From: an uncultured Lentisphaerales bacterium
Lineage (GTDB): Bacteria; Verrucomicrobiota; Lentisphaeria; JABSQK01; UBA12247
Direction of reading: 5' to 3'
Assembly (NCBI GenBank): GCA_943788985.1
Contig: CALSSJ010000017.1
Span: 156,068 to 220,067 of the forward strand
Length of the DNA: 64,000 nucleotides
Part shown: piece by piece, positions 41,334 through 53,831 of the stretch
How positions within the stretch are numbered: position 1 is the stretch's first letter
How the letters are laid out: the number at the start of each line of letters is the position of its first letter
Notes under the pieces: generated by a model
What the model was told of the DNA's origin: nothing
What the model saw: only the letters and a program-made list of their open reading frames with translations
Databases searched by the model: none
Position numbers and translations under genes: made by a program

Positions 41334-43916
41334 ATGAGTCCAGACAGACTAACAGATCGTAGTCGGGCCGCGCTGAGCGAGGCCCATGCCATTGCATTGC
41401 GTGAAAACCATCAGGCGATTGAGCCTGCCCATATCCTGCTTGCGTTGCTGCAGCAGAAGGACGGGCTGGCTTCGTCCATCCTGCGTCGTCTCGAAACGAC
41501 GCCGGATGCGGTGGTGGCCGAGCTTCAGACAGCCATAGACGGGCTGCCACAGGTAAGCGGCCCCGGCGCGGGGGACTCGGTCCTGAGCCGAACTAGCAGC
41601 AAGGTCCTGGCGGTAGCCGATGCGCTGGCTCGGGAGATGGGCGACCAATATATCAGTGTCGAGCATTTGCTCATCGCTTGCTGCCGGACCGATGACAGCT
41701 GCAAACGCGCCTTGCAAGATGCCGGCGTCGATGAAGAAGCTATCCAAACTGCGCTGAAAGACCTGCGCGGTGGCCAGACCGTGAGCTCCTCTAATCCAGA
41801 AGCGACGCTCGAGAGCCTCGAAAAGTACGGAATCGATCTGACTGAACTTGCGCGTCAAGAACGGCTCGACCCAGTCATCGGCCGAGAAGAGGAGATTCGG
41901 CGGGTGATTCAGATCCTGTCGAGACGGCGGAAGAATAATCCGGTCCTGATTGGCGACCCAGGCGTGGGCAAGACCGCGATCGTGGAAGGCCTGGCTCGCC
42001 GGATCATCGAAGGAGATGTCCCCGAATCGCTCAAGGACCGTCGACTGGTGGCACTAGACATTGGTGCCTTGATCGCCGGGGCAAAGTTTCGCGGAGAGTT
42101 CGAGGAGCGGCTCAAGGCCGTGATCGAGGAGGTCACGCAATCCAACGGCGAAATCATTCTCTTTATCGACGAATTGCACACAGTCGTGGGGGCTGGCGCA
42201 GCCGAAGGTTCGATGGATGCCGGGAACTTGCTCAAGCCAATGCTGGCTCGCGGCGAACTTCACTGCATCGGGGCCACCACTCTGAACGAGTTCCGCAAGC
42301 ATATCGAAAAGGATAAGGCGCTCGAGCGGCGCTTTCAGACCGTCTTGATCGAGCAGCCGTCCGTCGAGGACACCATCTCGATTCTGCGCGGGCTGCGCGA
42401 GCGCTATGAGGTGCATCATGGCGTCAAGATCAAGGATAGCGCCCTAGTAAGTGCAGCCGTGCTCTCCAACCGCTACATCAGCGAACGCTTCTTGCCCGAC
42501 AAGGCCATTGACCTGGTCGATGAAGCCGCTGCTAAGTTGCGCACGGAGATCGACAGCCGGCCTCGGGAGATCGATGACCAAGTACGCCGTAAGATGCAAC
42601 TGGAGATCGAGATCGCCGGGCTGGCACGCGATGAGGACGAGGTCTCGCGCAAGCGCCAGGCCGAGCATGAGGAGGAGCTGGCCAATGTCGACGAAACGCT
42701 CGACGCCATGCAAGCCCGTTGGGATGCGGAGAAATCCGAGATTCATGAGCTCCAAACTCTGCGCGAAGCGTTGGAATTGGCGCGTCGTCGACTGGCTAAG
42801 TTCGAGCGGGACTATGACCTCGGCCGCGCTGCAGAACTGCGCCACGGAACCATTCCTGGGATCGAGCAGCAGATCCTAGACTTGGAGGAGAAGTTTGCCG
42901 AGGGCGACCAGACCCGCTTTGTGTCCGAAGAAGTGAATGAGGAGCACATCGCCGAGATCATCGCGCGCTGGACTCACATCCCGGTCACGCGTCTGCTCAG
43001 CAATGAGCGCGAGAAGCTGCTGAACCTCTCCAAGCATCTGCACGAACGCGTGATTGCCCAAGAAGAAGCGGTCGATGCGGTGGCAGATGCCATCCTCCGC
43101 ACCCGGGCCGGGCTTCAGGACTCGAACCGTCCGAACGGCAGTTTCATTTTCCTTGGCCCGACCGGCGTGGGCAAGACCGAACTGGCGCGCAGCCTTGCTG
43201 CCTTCCTGTTTGACGATGAACGCGCGCTCGTGCGTATCGACATGTCGGAGTACATGGAGAAGCACAGCGTATCGCGACTCATCGGCGCGCCTCCGGGGTA
43301 CGTCGGGCACGACGAAGGAGGCCAGCTAACCGAGGCAGTTCGGCGGCGGCCCTACGCCGTCATCCTGTTCGACGAGATCGAGAAGGCTCATCCAGACGTC
43401 TTCAACGTCCTGCTCCAACTCCTCGACGATGGCCGCCTGACAGATTCGCAAGGGCACGTCGTGGACTTCACCAACACGGTGATCATCATGACCAGTAACC
43501 TCGGTGGCCAACATCTGCTGGACAGCGACGATGACCAAGAACAAGCGCGGGATCGCGTCATGATAGAATTGCGGCATCACTTCCGGCCGGAGTTTCTAAA
43601 TCGGATCGATGACACCATCGTCTTCCGCAGCCTCACGCTGGACGACCTCGGTGCCATCGTCGAGATCCAGTTGGCCCACCTCCACCAGCGCCTGGAACTG
43701 CTCGACCGCAAAGCAACGGTGACGGCAGCCGCGCGTGAAGCATTGGCCGCAGAAGGATATGCCCCGGCCTATGGCGCCCGGCCGTTGAAGCGGACCATCG
43801 CCCGGCGGCTCGAGACGCCACTTTCACGGTTGATCGTGGCCAATGAGTTTGCGGAGTCCGCAACCGTGGAGATCGACTACCGAGATGGTGCGTACACGTT
43901 CGAGGTGCGCCCGTAG
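41334..43916 (+). CDS. clpB: ATP-dependent chaperone ClpB
   Basis: Two AAA+ modules ([16 protein letters not shown]), middle coiled-coil domain, YGARPLKR. Confidence 0.97.
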   Translation: MSPDRLTDRSRAALSEAHAIALRENHQAIEPAHILLALLQQKDGLASSILRRLETTPDAVVAELQTAIDGLPQVSGPGAGDSVLSRTSSKVLAVADALAREMGDQYISVEHLLIACCRTDDSCKRALQDAGVDEEAIQTALKDLRGGQTVSSSNPEATLESLEKYGIDLTELARQERLDPVIGREEEIRRVIQILSRRRKNNPVLIGDPGVGKTAIVEGLARRIIEGDVPESLKDRRLVALDIGALIAGAKFRGEFEERLKAVIEEVTQSNGEIILFIDELHTVVGAGAAEGSMDAGNLLKPMLARGELHCIGATTLNEFRKHIEKDKALERRFQTVLIEQPSVEDTISILRGLRERYEVHHGVKIKDSALVSAAVLSNRYISERFLPDKAIDLVDEAAAKLRTEIDSRPREIDDQVRRKMQLEIEIAGLARDEDEVSRKRQAEHEEELANVDETLDAMQARWDAEKSEIHELQTLREALELARRRLAKFERDYDLGRAAELRHGTIPGIEQQILDLEEKFAEGDQTRFVSEEVNEEHIAEIIARWTHIPVTRLLSNEREKLLNLSKHLHERVIAQEEAVDAVADAILRTRAGLQDSNRPNGSFIFLGPTGVGKTELARSLAAFLFDDERALVRIDMSEYMEKHSVSRLIGAPPGYVGHDEGGQLTEAVRRRPYAVILFDEIEKAHPDVFNVLLQLLDDGRLTDSQGHVVDFTNTVIIMTSNLGGQHLLDSDDDQEQARDRVMIELRHHFRPEFLNRIDDTIVFRSLTLDDLGAIVEIQLAHLHQRLELLDRKATVTAAAREALAAEGYAPAYGARPLKRTIARRLETPLSRLIVANEFAESATVEIDYRDGAYTFEVRP

Positions 43917-43920
43917 GCGG

Positions 43921-45258
43921 TCAGTCCTCTTTGCTCGGGGAGTCAGCCTCCTCGGGCGTTGAGTCCGTGGGAGGCGTCTCCGTGCACGTCCCTTCCATAG
44001 AGGCGGGGACGGGCGCGGCGCCCCGTTCTTCGGGGTCCACGGGCATGGGAAAATCTGCGGGCTTTGCGGAGTCCGCAAAAGTCTCCGCTGTGACCGGGGC
44101 ATCCAGCTCCTCGACCTCTTCTTCTTCGTCCCACAAGGGGGTCTCGATGACGTGAAGATCTTCGGCCTCATCCACAATCACCGCGGGCAACTCCGGCTCT
44201 GGTTCTGGTTCGACGATGGGTGCTGGCTCGGGCGCAACTGGCGCGACCGGCAGCCTGCCCATCACGATACGCAAACAGAAGCCATCCAGCCCGCGCAGCA
44301 GGTTTCTGGCGCGGCGCTGAGCAATGGTAGCCAGCGCGAGTACTGGGATCACCGCGAGCAGGCCAATAAGCGTGGTATGAAAGGCCACACCGAGCGACTG
44401 CGTGGTATGCTCAAGATTTGCCCGAAAGCCCAGATCGGTGCCAATATTGGAGAAGCTGCCCAGCGCGTTGGTCATCCCCCAAACCGTGCCGACAAAGCCA
44501 GTGGTGGGCAAGAGCCAGACCAGAAACTGGGTGGTCATAAATGAGCTACTGATGGCCTCCCAGTCGCTGTCTGCGGAGTTCGCAAGCGCATCCGCGATCT
44601 CCGCATCCGTGCGGCCTGCGGAGCGGAGTTCGTAGATCCAATGCAGGCGATTGTAGGCGATCAGCTGATTGTGCGGCCCCAGCCCTTGGGCGCGTAGGAG
44701 GTTGCGTACGGCGGGCAGAAAGTCGTCAGTTCTGTCATCAAGCTCTGCGCAAAGTCGGCGGACGTGACGAGCAGCCAACTCCTGGTTTGCGGTAACGCGC
44801 AGCTTGGTGAGCAGGACGAGAATCCCGTAGACGCCGAATAGGAGAATGGTCTGCGAAATCGGATCTGAGATCACGCTACCAATGCTGGTAAACCGCGCTA
44901 GCTGCATGGAGCAGGAAAGCAACAGCGAAACGATCGCGGCAAAGCTGACGGCCCGCAGAAAAGACGGCATGCCGCCGGTCTTTTGCAGGAGCCCGCCAAT
45001 GGTCAGTGCTACGAATACGATGGCGATCGCGATGTAGCGCTCGTTCGCGGAGTTGAACGCGTCATGCCAGGCACCATCGGTCGCGGTGCCCATGATAAAC
45101 GCACCCCAGATCAGGCAGGCTAGGGGCAGCGAGATGGCGACGTGGTCGCTTCGCCACGGCACCACGTCGTGCAAGGTTGCGTGGCACGCATCGCAGCGCG
45201 CTAGCTCAGGTGCGTTGCTGGCCCCGCATTCTGGGCAATGGGAGTGATCCTGTGCCAT
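43921..45258 (-). CDS. MotA/TolQ/ExbB-family protein with N-terminal zinc ribbon and acidic Pro-rich tail
   Basis: CPECG..CDAC; LLPTTGFVGTVWGM; LGVAFHTTLIGL. Confidence 0.8.
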   Translation of the reverse strand: MAQDHSHCPECGASNAPELARCDACHATLHDVVPWRSDHVAISLPLACLIWGAFIMGTATDGAWHDAFNSANERYIAIAIVFVALTIGGLLQKTGGMPSFLRAVSFAAIVSLLLSCSMQLARFTSIGSVISDPISQTILLFGVYGILVLLTKLRVTANQELAARHVRRLCAELDDRTDDFLPAVRNLLRAQGLGPHNQLIAYNRLHWIYELRSAGRTDAEIADALANSADSDWEAISSSFMTTQFLVWLLPTTGFVGTVWGMTNALGSFSNIGTDLGFRANLEHTTQSLGVAFHTTLIGLLAVIPVLALATIAQRRARNLLRGLDGFCLRIVMGRLPVAPVAPEPAPIVEPEPEPELPAVIVDEAEDLHVIETPLWDEEEEVEELDAPVTAETFADSAKPADFPMPVDPEERGAAPVPASMEGTCTETPPTDSTPEEADSPSKED

Positions 45259-45260
45259 GC

Positions 45261-45605
45261 TCAGCGCACCTCGATTTCGACTGCGCGAGCGTTCGGCAAC
45301 GCGCACAGCTTCCGGATCCGCACGACAGGATTGGCCGTCCCGGGGGTCTCGCGCACCACAGCCAGCACCAGTTCGGCTGCTCGTTCCAGTAACTCTGGCT
45401 GTGCGCCGGCGACGGCTGCGACTGCCCGTTGTGACAGCGCATCGTAGTCCACCGCCGCAGCCATTGAGTCTGTGGCTGCTGCTTCGGTCACGTCCGCAGC
45501 AAATTCAATATCGATCTCAAGGGGCTGGGATCGCTCGCGCTCATGCGGGTAGACCCCGATGATGCAGTCGGCATGCAGACCAAGGACCCGAATGATTCCG
45601 GTCAT
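45261..45605 (-). CDS. folB: Dihydroneopterin aldolase
   Basis: [24 protein letters not shown]. Confidence 0.9.
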   Translation of the reverse strand: MTGIIRVLGLHADCIIGVYPHERERSQPLEIDIEFAADVTEAAATDSMAAAVDYDALSQRAVAAVAGAQPELLERAAELVLAVVRETPGTANPVVRIRKLCALPNARAVEIEVR

Positions 45606-46150
45606 CTTCCGGCAGATAGCAGGCTCAGAAACTCAGCGCGAGTTCGCGTGCAGGTCCGAAAGACGCCGCGCATGCAGGATGTGGTCATCATTGAATTCTG
45701 CTTCTCCACACCGCGCATCATCATACAGAGGTGCTTCGCTTCGACGACTACGGCCACGCCCAGCGCGCCGATGGAGGTCTCGATTGCTTCGGCGATCTGC
45801 TTGCTCAACAGCTCTTGGATTTGCAGACGGCGTGCGTACAGATCGACCACGCGGGCAATCTTGGACAGCCCAAGTACGCGCCCCTGCGGCAGGTAGGCCA
45901 CATGGCACTTGCCGATAAACGGCAGCAGGTGGTGCTCGCAGAGAGAGTACAGTTCGATATCGCGTACGAGCACCATTTCATCGGTGTCCGCGGTAAAAAT
46001 GGCGTTGTTAATCACCTCAGGTAGCGAGAGCGAATAGCCATGCGTGAGATACTTGAATGCCTTCGAAGCGCGGGCGGGCGTATCCACGAGGCCTTCGCGT
46101 TCGGGGTCTTCGCCGATCTCGGTAATGATTTGGCGGTATTGGTCTTCCAC
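45602..46150 (-). CDS. folE: GTP cyclohydrolase I
   Basis: [42 protein letters not shown] start after AGAGG. Confidence 0.96.
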   Translation of the reverse strand: MEDQYRQIITEIGEDPEREGLVDTPARASKAFKYLTHGYSLSLPEVINNAIFTADTDEMVLVRDIELYSLCEHHLLPFIGKCHVAYLPQGRVLGLSKIARVVDLYARRLQIQELLSKQIAEAIETSIGALGVAVVVEAKHLCMMMRGVEKQNSMMTTSCMRGVFRTCTRTRAEFLSLLSAGR

Positions 46151-46170
46151 AGGTTCCTCTTGTGCAGCGG

Positions 46171-47103
46171 TCAGGAGCGCTGAACCATCAGACAATCGTC
46201 TTGATTCAGCAAAACAGTCATTGTTCCGGGGGCGGACTCCGCAAACACGTTGCGCGCAAGCCGTCGTCCGCCGTGAAAACAGTCAGACACTAGCAGAACG
46301 CCGCCGGATCGCAACACTCGCTCAAATTCCTCCCAGACTTTCGCATACGCCGCCGGCCGGCTCAGGTAGGGGCCACCGATCAGTCCATTGCAGGTGACGA
46401 CATCGAATGCCACGCGAAACGGGAGACTCAAGGCATCGGCAGCCAGGTAGCTAGCACGCTTGCCGCCCTGCTGCTGCGCCAGCCAGGCTTCGAGCGGTTC
46501 ACTGGTCAGGCCCACGCAGTCAAAACCCAGCGCGGCCAGCTCCAGCGTTCCTTCTCCGGTCCCGCACCCCACATCCAGCAGCCGCCCGGTCGGCAGCTGG
46601 CGGAGCTGTGCGAGTTGCTGTGGGTAGCGCCCAGCCGTGGTCCCGAACCGCTCCGGGGAGACGAGGCGTAACAGCAATTCCTGCCAGGCGTCAAGTCCGA
46701 CAAATGTCACGCAGCCGCGTAACCGAACGGGCAGCAGCCGCCAGAGCTGATCGATCCCGTCGAAATCGCAGGTGCGCAGGCACTCGGGCAGCCAGCTCGC
46801 ATCTGGAAGCAGGGCGGAGAGGGCGGGGCCTAGGGACTCGCAGAACTCAGCGACAGGCAAGAAGCGCTCGTATTGCTGCCGCATCTCCGGCGTGAGCTGA
46901 AGGTCGCTCGTGTAAAGCGGAACCGGGCAGAATGCCTGGTAAATCGCAGCGTTTCGCTGCCAGCGGCTGTTGTGCGCCGCTGCTCGGTCCCGAAACGCGG
47001 CTGAGTCCCGAAATAGCTCGCGGGCCAGCAGCAGCAGCTGGCTCGGGGCAGCGCTCGGTGGCTGGTCGCAGGGAATATTGGGCACGTTGTTTCGCATCTT
47101 CAT
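46171..47103 (-). CDS. Class I SAM-dependent methyltransferase
   Basis: [29 protein letters not shown]. Confidence 0.8.
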   Translation of the reverse strand: MKMRNNVPNIPCDQPPSAAPSQLLLLARELFRDSAAFRDRAAAHNSRWQRNAAIYQAFCPVPLYTSDLQLTPEMRQQYERFLPVAEFCESLGPALSALLPDASWLPECLRTCDFDGIDQLWRLLPVRLRGCVTFVGLDAWQELLLRLVSPERFGTTAGRYPQQLAQLRQLPTGRLLDVGCGTGEGTLELAALGFDCVGLTSEPLEAWLAQQQGGKRASYLAADALSLPFRVAFDVVTCNGLIGGPYLSRPAAYAKVWEEFERVLRSGGVLLVSDCFHGGRRLARNVFAESAPGTMTVLLNQDDCLMVQRS

Positions 47104-47204
47104 AATGTAGCCTGTCTATCGGTTTCGTGCTTGCCGCATGTGCGCGGTGTGCGACGGTTTGGGCGTCGTATTTTGGTGCGTAATCGCGTGAAACGGAGAT
47201 CCCT

Positions 47205-48705
47205 ATGAGCGCTCTACAAGACTATCTCGAAAAGGCTGGCAGCGATGCAAATCCGGCCTTCGTTGCTTATCTGGCTAATTTGACCTGTGTGGCCGCGGTT
47301 CACCCCGGCATGGCGCGGGCCGTAGTTCAAGAACTGGCAGATCAGCGCGCCTACCTGAAGATGATCGCCTCTGAGAACTACTCCTCGTTCGCCACGCAGC
47401 TGGCCATGGGGAATTTGCTGACCGACAAGTATGCCGAGGGCTTCCCCCATCACCGTTTCTATGCGGGCTGCGACAATGTGGACGGTATCGAAGCCACCGC
47501 GGTGGAGCTGGCTAAGTCGCTGTTTGGCGCGGACCATGCCTACGTGCAACCACACTCTGGTGCGGACGCCAACTTGTGTGCGTATTGGGCAATTCTTTCC
47601 CATCGCGTCATGGTTCCACGCCTGGAAGAAGCTGGCGTCAAAGACCCCAGCAAAGTGTCTCGCGAAGACTGGGATGTGCTCCGGGCCGAGCTGGGCAACC
47701 AGAAGTTGGTCGGCATGAATTACTACTCGGGCGGGCATCTGACGCACGGCTATCGCCATAACGTGTCGGCGCGGATGTTCGACGCGATTTCGTATGACGT
47801 CAGCGAGGAGACTCAGCGCATAGACTACGAAGCACTGCGTGCCCTAGTCCAACACGAGCGGCCCCTGATTCTGCTGGCGGGTTATAGCGCCTATCCCCGT
47901 GAGATCAACTTCCGGATTCTCCGCGAGATTGCCGACGAAGTTGGCGCGACCTTCATGGTCGACATGGCGCATTTTGCGGGCCTCGTCGCGGGCAAGGTCT
48001 TCACCGGGGACTTTGACCCGGTTGCCCACGCCGATGTGGTGACGACGACCACCCACAAGACCCTCCGCGGACCGCGTGGTGGCATGGTCCTCTGTCGTCA
48101 GGAATACGCAGAGTGGGTGGACAAGGGCTGTCCGCTGGTTCTGGGTGGGCCGTTGCCGCATGTAATGGCTGCCAAAGCCGTGGCCTTCAAGGAAGCCAGC
48201 GAGCCAGCGTTCCGCGCCTATGCCGCGAGCATCGTCGAGAACGCTCGCGCCCTCGCCACTACTCTCCAAGCCAAAGGGATGACGCTCACGACCGACGGTA
48301 CGGACAACCACCTTATGGTCGCAGATGTCCGCGGCTTCGGACTGACTGGACGCCAGGGCGAATCAGCGCTCCGGGCTGCCGGCATCACGCTGAACCGAAA
48401 TTCAATTCCCTTCGATCCTAACGGCGCCTGGTACACGAGCGGCCTGCGGCTCGGAACGCCAGCGCTGACTACCTTGGGAATGGGCGTGGCAGAGATGGAA
48501 GAGATCGGCGACATCGTCTATACAGTGCTCTCCAATACCAAGCCGACCCAAGTAGTCAAGGGCGAGCGGGCGGGGCAACCCTCGGCTGGCCAAATTCGTG
48601 ACCGATGAAGCAGCTCTGGCCAATGCTCAGGCCCGCGTCAGCGCGCTCCTTGAGCGGTTCCCGCTATATCCTGAGCTGGACATGGAGATCCTGAGCAAGA
48701 TCTAG
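47205..48705 (+). CDS. glyA: Serine hydroxymethyltransferase (frameshift near 48585)
   Basis: [48 protein letters not shown]-terminus [12 protein letters not shown] in the shifted frame, stop 48703-48705. Confidence 0.95.
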
Positions 48706-48721
48706 ACGTTCAGTAGGCTCA

Positions 48722-48784
48722 GTACGACGGGGCTCTGTACCCGTCAGCCGCAGCAAGAGAGACGAGCGTGGAGGCTCGTCCTAC
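48722..48784. repeat. Inverted pair of GTAG/GTAC-type REP-like palindromes
   Basis: GTACGACGGGGCTCTGTACCCGTC and reverse complement GTAGGACGAGCCTCCACGCTCGTC, between convergent genes. Confidence 0.65.
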
Positions 48785-48829
48785 GACCCCAATCGCCAAA
48801 ACGCCAGTTGAGGTAATTTTCATGCGTCT

Positions 48830-49253
48830 TTATTCTGAGGAGCTTGACACGATCGCAACTCGACTGCTGAACGCGTTTGACACGTGAGTAAACCCGGCGA
48901 ACGGCATCACAGCAAAGTCAATCACCCCATTGTCGAGCGCACCTGCGGCAGGCAATGGGGGGCAGGCCCAAGCCTTGCTGCGCCAGGCGCTCGCGAAGCT
49001 TCTGCGTACGCAGAATCGCTGAACCAGACTAGGCCCCCGCAGCCAGGCGAATTGTGGTGCCAATGGCCGCGGCCGGTTGCTCAATCGGTTGGGCAGGCTC
49101 GACAGTCGCCTCGTCAATGGGAAGCGGCGAGACGACCTCAGCGACCACCGCCGCCCCGGGCTTCAGTGTCAGCAAAAACGCGGTAATGGCAAAAGTGACG
49201 ACAAACGCCACCCCGCACACAAATGCCAGCAGCAGATAGCGTAATCTAGGCAT
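48830..49253 (-). CDS. Hypothetical membrane-anchored protein (probably frameshifted)
   Basis: Hydrophobic N-terminus in ORF 49029-49253, continued by overlapping ORF 48830-49117. Confidence 0.45.
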
Positions 49254-49290
49254 AGGTCACGCAGTCCGCGTCAAGCGCCGCACTAGCCAT

Positions 49291-49779
49291 TCAGCCGAAG
49301 GTTGGCTCTTGCTTCGGCAGTTTCTTGCTTTCCGCCAGATTCTGAAACAACAGCTTATCCGTCTCGCGCAGGCGGCGACACACCTCGCGTCCCAGGTTGA
49401 TCTGGATCGCCGTATACTCGGGCAGGTTCTCTCCCTGCAACTCTTCGAGACTCGCCCGCTTCACAGCCAATGCTTGGCAATCACTCAGCGCTCGGATCGC
49501 GGCACTTCGCGGCCGCAGGTCCAAGAGCGCCATCTCGCCGAACACGTCTCCTGGGCCAAACTCTTTCAGCACGTACCCACGCCCCCGCCAACTCTTAATC
49601 ACAGCGGCCCTCGCCCTGCTCCACCAGAAACATTGAATCTGCAGCACTTCCTTCGCGAAAGAAAAAATCTCACCGGCCTTGATTGAGACCACCTCACCTT
49701 GCTTGATCAGCTGGTGAATTGTGGCGTCGGCTACGCCGGAAAAAATGCTCATCTCACGTAGGGTATTAAATGCGTCCAT
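49291..49779 (-). CDS. Cyclic-nucleotide-binding domain protein
   Basis: GPGDVFGEMALLDLRPRSAAIRA; no HTH. Confidence 0.85.
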   Translation of the reverse strand: MDAFNTLREMSIFSGVADATIHQLIKQGEVVSIKAGEIFSFAKEVLQIQCFWWSRARAAVIKSWRGRGYVLKEFGPGDVFGEMALLDLRPRSAAIRALSDCQALAVKRASLEELQGENLPEYTAIQINLGREVCRRLRETDKLLFQNLAESKKLPKQEPTFG

Positions 49780-49859
49780 ATCCGCCTCTGTTTACGCCAA
49801 ACTCCAAAACTTCCGAGTACCATAGCCCCACGCAGGAAAAATTTCTTAGCATGCGGGCA

Positions 49860-50142
49860 TCAGGTCATGTAATCGACGACGTAGCGTTCCTTGGATACGT
49901 CGGCCAGAAACTGTACCACCTTCTGGTGATCCGGATGGACGCGGGTAGCGAGCCAGCGCCTCAAGATCAGCAAACGCGCTCACCAAGACCACGTCGCACA
50001 CGGCATCTCCCTCGGCAAAGTTAACCCCGACCTCAAAGGACTCGATCTCGGCGATCGTCATGGGCAGCGCCTCGAGCAAGGCTTTCAACTGGGCTGCGTG
50101 AGGCTGGGATTGTAGACGCCACATCACAATGTGCTTGAGCAT
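49860..50142 (-). CDS. Dabb family stress-responsive A/B barrel protein (frameshift near 49945)
   Basis: MLKHIVMW...FADLEALARY then HPDHQKV...VVDY in the shifted frame. Confidence 0.85.
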
Positions 50143-50261
50143 AGTGGTCTCCTGATTAACAGTAAGCTTTGCGAACTCCGTAAATTTCGGGTTCTGCGCG
50201 CACACCGCGAATTCAACGCCAAAGAATCGCCCTGCATCCCCATGCCCCCTTGCTCCCTCTC

Positions 50262-51224
50262 TTACATCAAGCGCAACCCAAGCTCCCGAATATTAATAGG
50301 CTGCCAGTGCTCCGGATCTGGGTGAACTCGCAGGCTGTATGTGCCTGGTTCATGAATCGTGATCGTTCCCAGCGATCTTATCTGGTAAGTGGAATAGCCA
50401 CCAGTGGGAACAATCGTCACCGCATGCTGGTCCTCCGCGAGCCCGATGCGAAAGCGGCTTTTACCCTCGCACGCAATAATTCCCCTGCCCCTCCCCGCCC
50501 AGTAGGCCTCGCCAGCGATCCCGCCCACACCGAGACCACCTTCGAATCCCAGGGCACCTTCGCCCTCACCGTCCCTGACGCGTCCAGCGATCAAGTCATC
50601 TTTATCACCGGGATTTCTGCCCCAACCATCCTGCTTCGGCACGATCGCATCATACGTGATCTGGTAACGCGGCACTTTCACCCCGACATCACCCTCGTTC
50701 TGCACATAGCCTTCAGCGGTGATGTAACGCTGCGTATTGTGCGAATCAATCCCGTATGATCCCATCCCGATCGACTTACAAGGCTTCGGCTCCCCAAGCA
50801 AGTCACCCTCGGTGATCACATACGCACCAATCATGCGCCGCGCTTCCCGCACATAGAGCTGATGCGACCAATTGCTATTGTCCACAAACTCGTCCTTGGG
50901 AAGCCCCCACTCCTTCATCGCCTCCTGAAGCTGTATCGGTAGATCCGCTCATAGAACTCCCGAGACAGCCCCCCCAATCGCGGCGCGATGACCGATATCC
51001 GTAAAGCCCAGTCCACCTGCAGACAGACGGGCCCACATGCTTGAAGGCGAGACAACCACCACCGACCGGCCCATCTTGGCCGCCTGCACTGCCGCCATGA
51101 CGCCACTCGACGTACCGCCGTAGATCACAATATCCACGTCCATCACATTATCGTTTGCGGAGTTCGCAATGCACCCCAGCGAACCGACGAACTGAAGCAC
51201 CATAGCCAGCTTCCAGAGTTTCAT
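50262..51224 (-). pseudogene. FAD-dependent oxidoreductase remnant with internal deletions and a C-terminal CBM-like segment
   Basis: [30 protein letters not shown] joined directly to WGLPKDEF...QLYVREARRMIG...DSHN; middle of the protein absent. Confidence 0.8.
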
Positions 51225-51578
51225 TCTCGTTCTCCCCCTGCCATCATCCCCTCCCTGTACCAACAACTCACCCGTTTAGCCGCATCGTTGTATACGCCAC
51301 AGTGCACCAATCTCACAAGAAACTTACTTGAAACTGTCCATCACCAGAATCACAAGTAGTGTTGCGAACTCCGCAACGCCAAGCTCTGCCACAGAGCACC
51401 CGTCCAGAATGGCCCGTTGCAGCGTGGCACGTCTAAGCGCCGCAGGCACACCCGAAGGGAAGGTGCCATTGGACCACATCACGTCGCGAAACGCTTTATG
51501 CCGGGAAGACAGGCGCCAGGACGGCATGAGTGAACGCCCCGCAGGCGCGATCGGGCCGCTATCGAGACTGCCACGCGG

Positions 51579-51624
51579 CTTGACAGGTGAACGCCAAGGA
51601 GATATATATTCCCATATCTATCAA
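51579..51624 (+). promoter_or_regulatory. Sigma70-like promoter with GATAT-N8-ATATC operator, copy 1
   Basis: CTTGACAGG at 51579; GATATATATTCCCATATC at 51601-51618. Confidence 0.7.
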
Positions 51625-52716
51625 TGGAGGCTGGCATCAAGACTGAATCAACCACTCCGCTATCGCGGCATGCAGAGGTAACGGCGGCGCTACGCGAGAA
51701 AAATTCTCTCCGGGAGCTACGAGCCTGGCGAGCGGCTGCCGACGATCCATGAACTGGCAGCTGAGTACGAGACCAGCTATTTCACGGTGCAGACGCCTTG
51801 ACGCCGCTGGTGGAGCAGGGCCTGGTCGAACGGCGACGCCGGACCGGGACGGTCGTTGCGAGAATATCGGCGTGCTCACCCGGGTCGCGATCTATTGCAG
51901 CAGCGAATTTGTCGACGAACCGCAATACGCGTTCACGCGCAGAGCTCTACGGCCAACTGCAACGGCAATGCGCTGAGCAAGGTATGGGGCCCAGGTTATT
52001 CTCTGATTCGCGGCGTTCGAGTGAACACAATACGCCATTTCCTGAGCTGGCCGAGGCCGTGAAAACACGGCAGGTACATGCCATCTTGGCGCCGCTGTGC
52101 GACCAAGCCTCCGTCAAATGGCTCGAGACGCTTGGCGTACCGGTCAGCTTTGTAAGTCATGGCGGCTCCCATGGCGTGGGCTTCAGTATCAGCCAGCTGC
52201 TGGATCTGGCGTTGGGACGACTGCACGAAAGCCGGGGGCAAGAGCGTAGGCCTGATCAGCCCGGACCTCGGCATCCGCGGGCGTGAAGGCCACAGCCAGC
52301 CCCTCGCAACCATGTTCACTACGGTCGCGACAGAGTTGGGGATGCAGGTCGATGACGCGTGGGTACACGTGAAGAAGGTCGATGGACACGGACACGAGCA
52401 CTTCGGCTACCAGGCGTTCAGCGAGTTGTGGGCCGGGGATACGCGTCCCGACGGAGTACTGGTCTACCCGGACACGGTCGCACGTGGGGTAACAACCGCT
52501 GTCCTCGAACAAGGCGTACGCGTCCCGGATGACCTCAAGCTGGTCTGCCATAAGAACGGCGGCATCGACTGGCCTTGCCCACCAGCGGTCGATTGGGTGG
52601 TCAGTGATGTGGCCCGCTGGGCTGCAGAAATGATCGCTATGGTGCAGCGGCAGAACCAAGGCCACGCCGTTGAGCCAGTCGTCCTGGATTACACGTTGCA
52701 GCAGAATGGCCGCTGA
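51624..52716 (+). CDS. GntR-HTH + LacI-type sensor transcriptional regulator (several frameshifts)
   Basis: LREKILSGSYEPGERLPTIHELA...LVEQGLVERRRRTGT; RPDGVLVYPD...GVRVPDDL. Confidence 0.8.
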
Positions 52717-52750
52717 TGGCCAGCCACAACAAGCTTCAGACGAAGCAGGT

Positions 52751-53798
52751 ATGAGCAAGTTCCAGACCTTCAACCAATCCGCATGCCCGGGAAATCTTCC
52801 TGCTGGCGACACGCTACGCCTCGGGCGCTTGCCGACAACGCCCTATGCGTTCTACCAACTGCGCTTTCGCTCGGCGCGCTGGCAGCAAAGGCTATTGGGC
52901 GGTGTTTCCCTTCGACTACAACGACCAGGAAATGCGTGCGGATACCCATTCGAGCGTCTATGCCTCGGATGACTGGCTGGCGCACGAAACCTACTTTCGC
53001 GGCTTGCCGGGCGCGACCTCGGTCGAGGTGGGCTTTCGGGCTTGTGAGAGCGACCTGGAGATCCAGGACGTAGTGGTGACGCCAGTGAGCACCGACGCGG
53101 TGCGGACTTGGAGCCATGCGCTCTCCGCAACTTTGCCCCCAGTGACCTTCACGCCACCCACCGACCGGCATCTGCGAATTCCGCAAACCATGGCCCGCTT
53201 GCAGGCGGGACAAGCCGTACGCGTGGTCATGCTGGGCGATAGCATCAGCCAAGACACCTGCAACAGCTACTACGACATTCAGGTCGAGCCGATGTATCCA
53301 GGTGCGGACCTGCAACTGGTCCCCTCAATCGATGGGAGCAAGGGCTGCTGGTATTACATTGAGGACGAGCGGTTCCAGCGCTATGTGGTCGACCAGAAGC
53401 CAGAGTTACTGATGATCGGCACGCACTCCGAGCATCACGGCATTGGGCCTGTGGAGCAGATGCTGCGCCGCGTCCAAGCGGAACTGGACTGTGAGGTAAT
53501 GGTCGTCTCCGGGCCCATGGGGGATGACCATCGCTACGCTGCGGAGGACCACTCCGAGGATGCCCGAGCCATGCGGGAGGAGCATCTGCCGCGCCGCCGC
53601 ACCTTTGCCCGCCAGCAGGCCGAGCTTTGCCGCAACCTCGGCGTCGCGTACTTCGACCTCTGCAGCGCCTGGATCGACTACCTCGACCAAGCCAGCGTCC
53701 CCTACGATTACTTTCACCGCGATGCCGGACATGCCAATGATCGTGGCAAGCAGGTGCTCGCGCAGTTGATGACACGATATTTCGCGACTAGCCAATAA
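52751..53798 (+). CDS. SGNH/GDSL-like hydrolase (frameshift near 52875)
   Basis: VVMLGDSIS block I; RDAGHAN catalytic DxxH. Confidence 0.8.
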
Positions 53799-53831
53799 CC
53801 CGGCGGTTTCCCCAACGGGGCCGTCTTCCGA

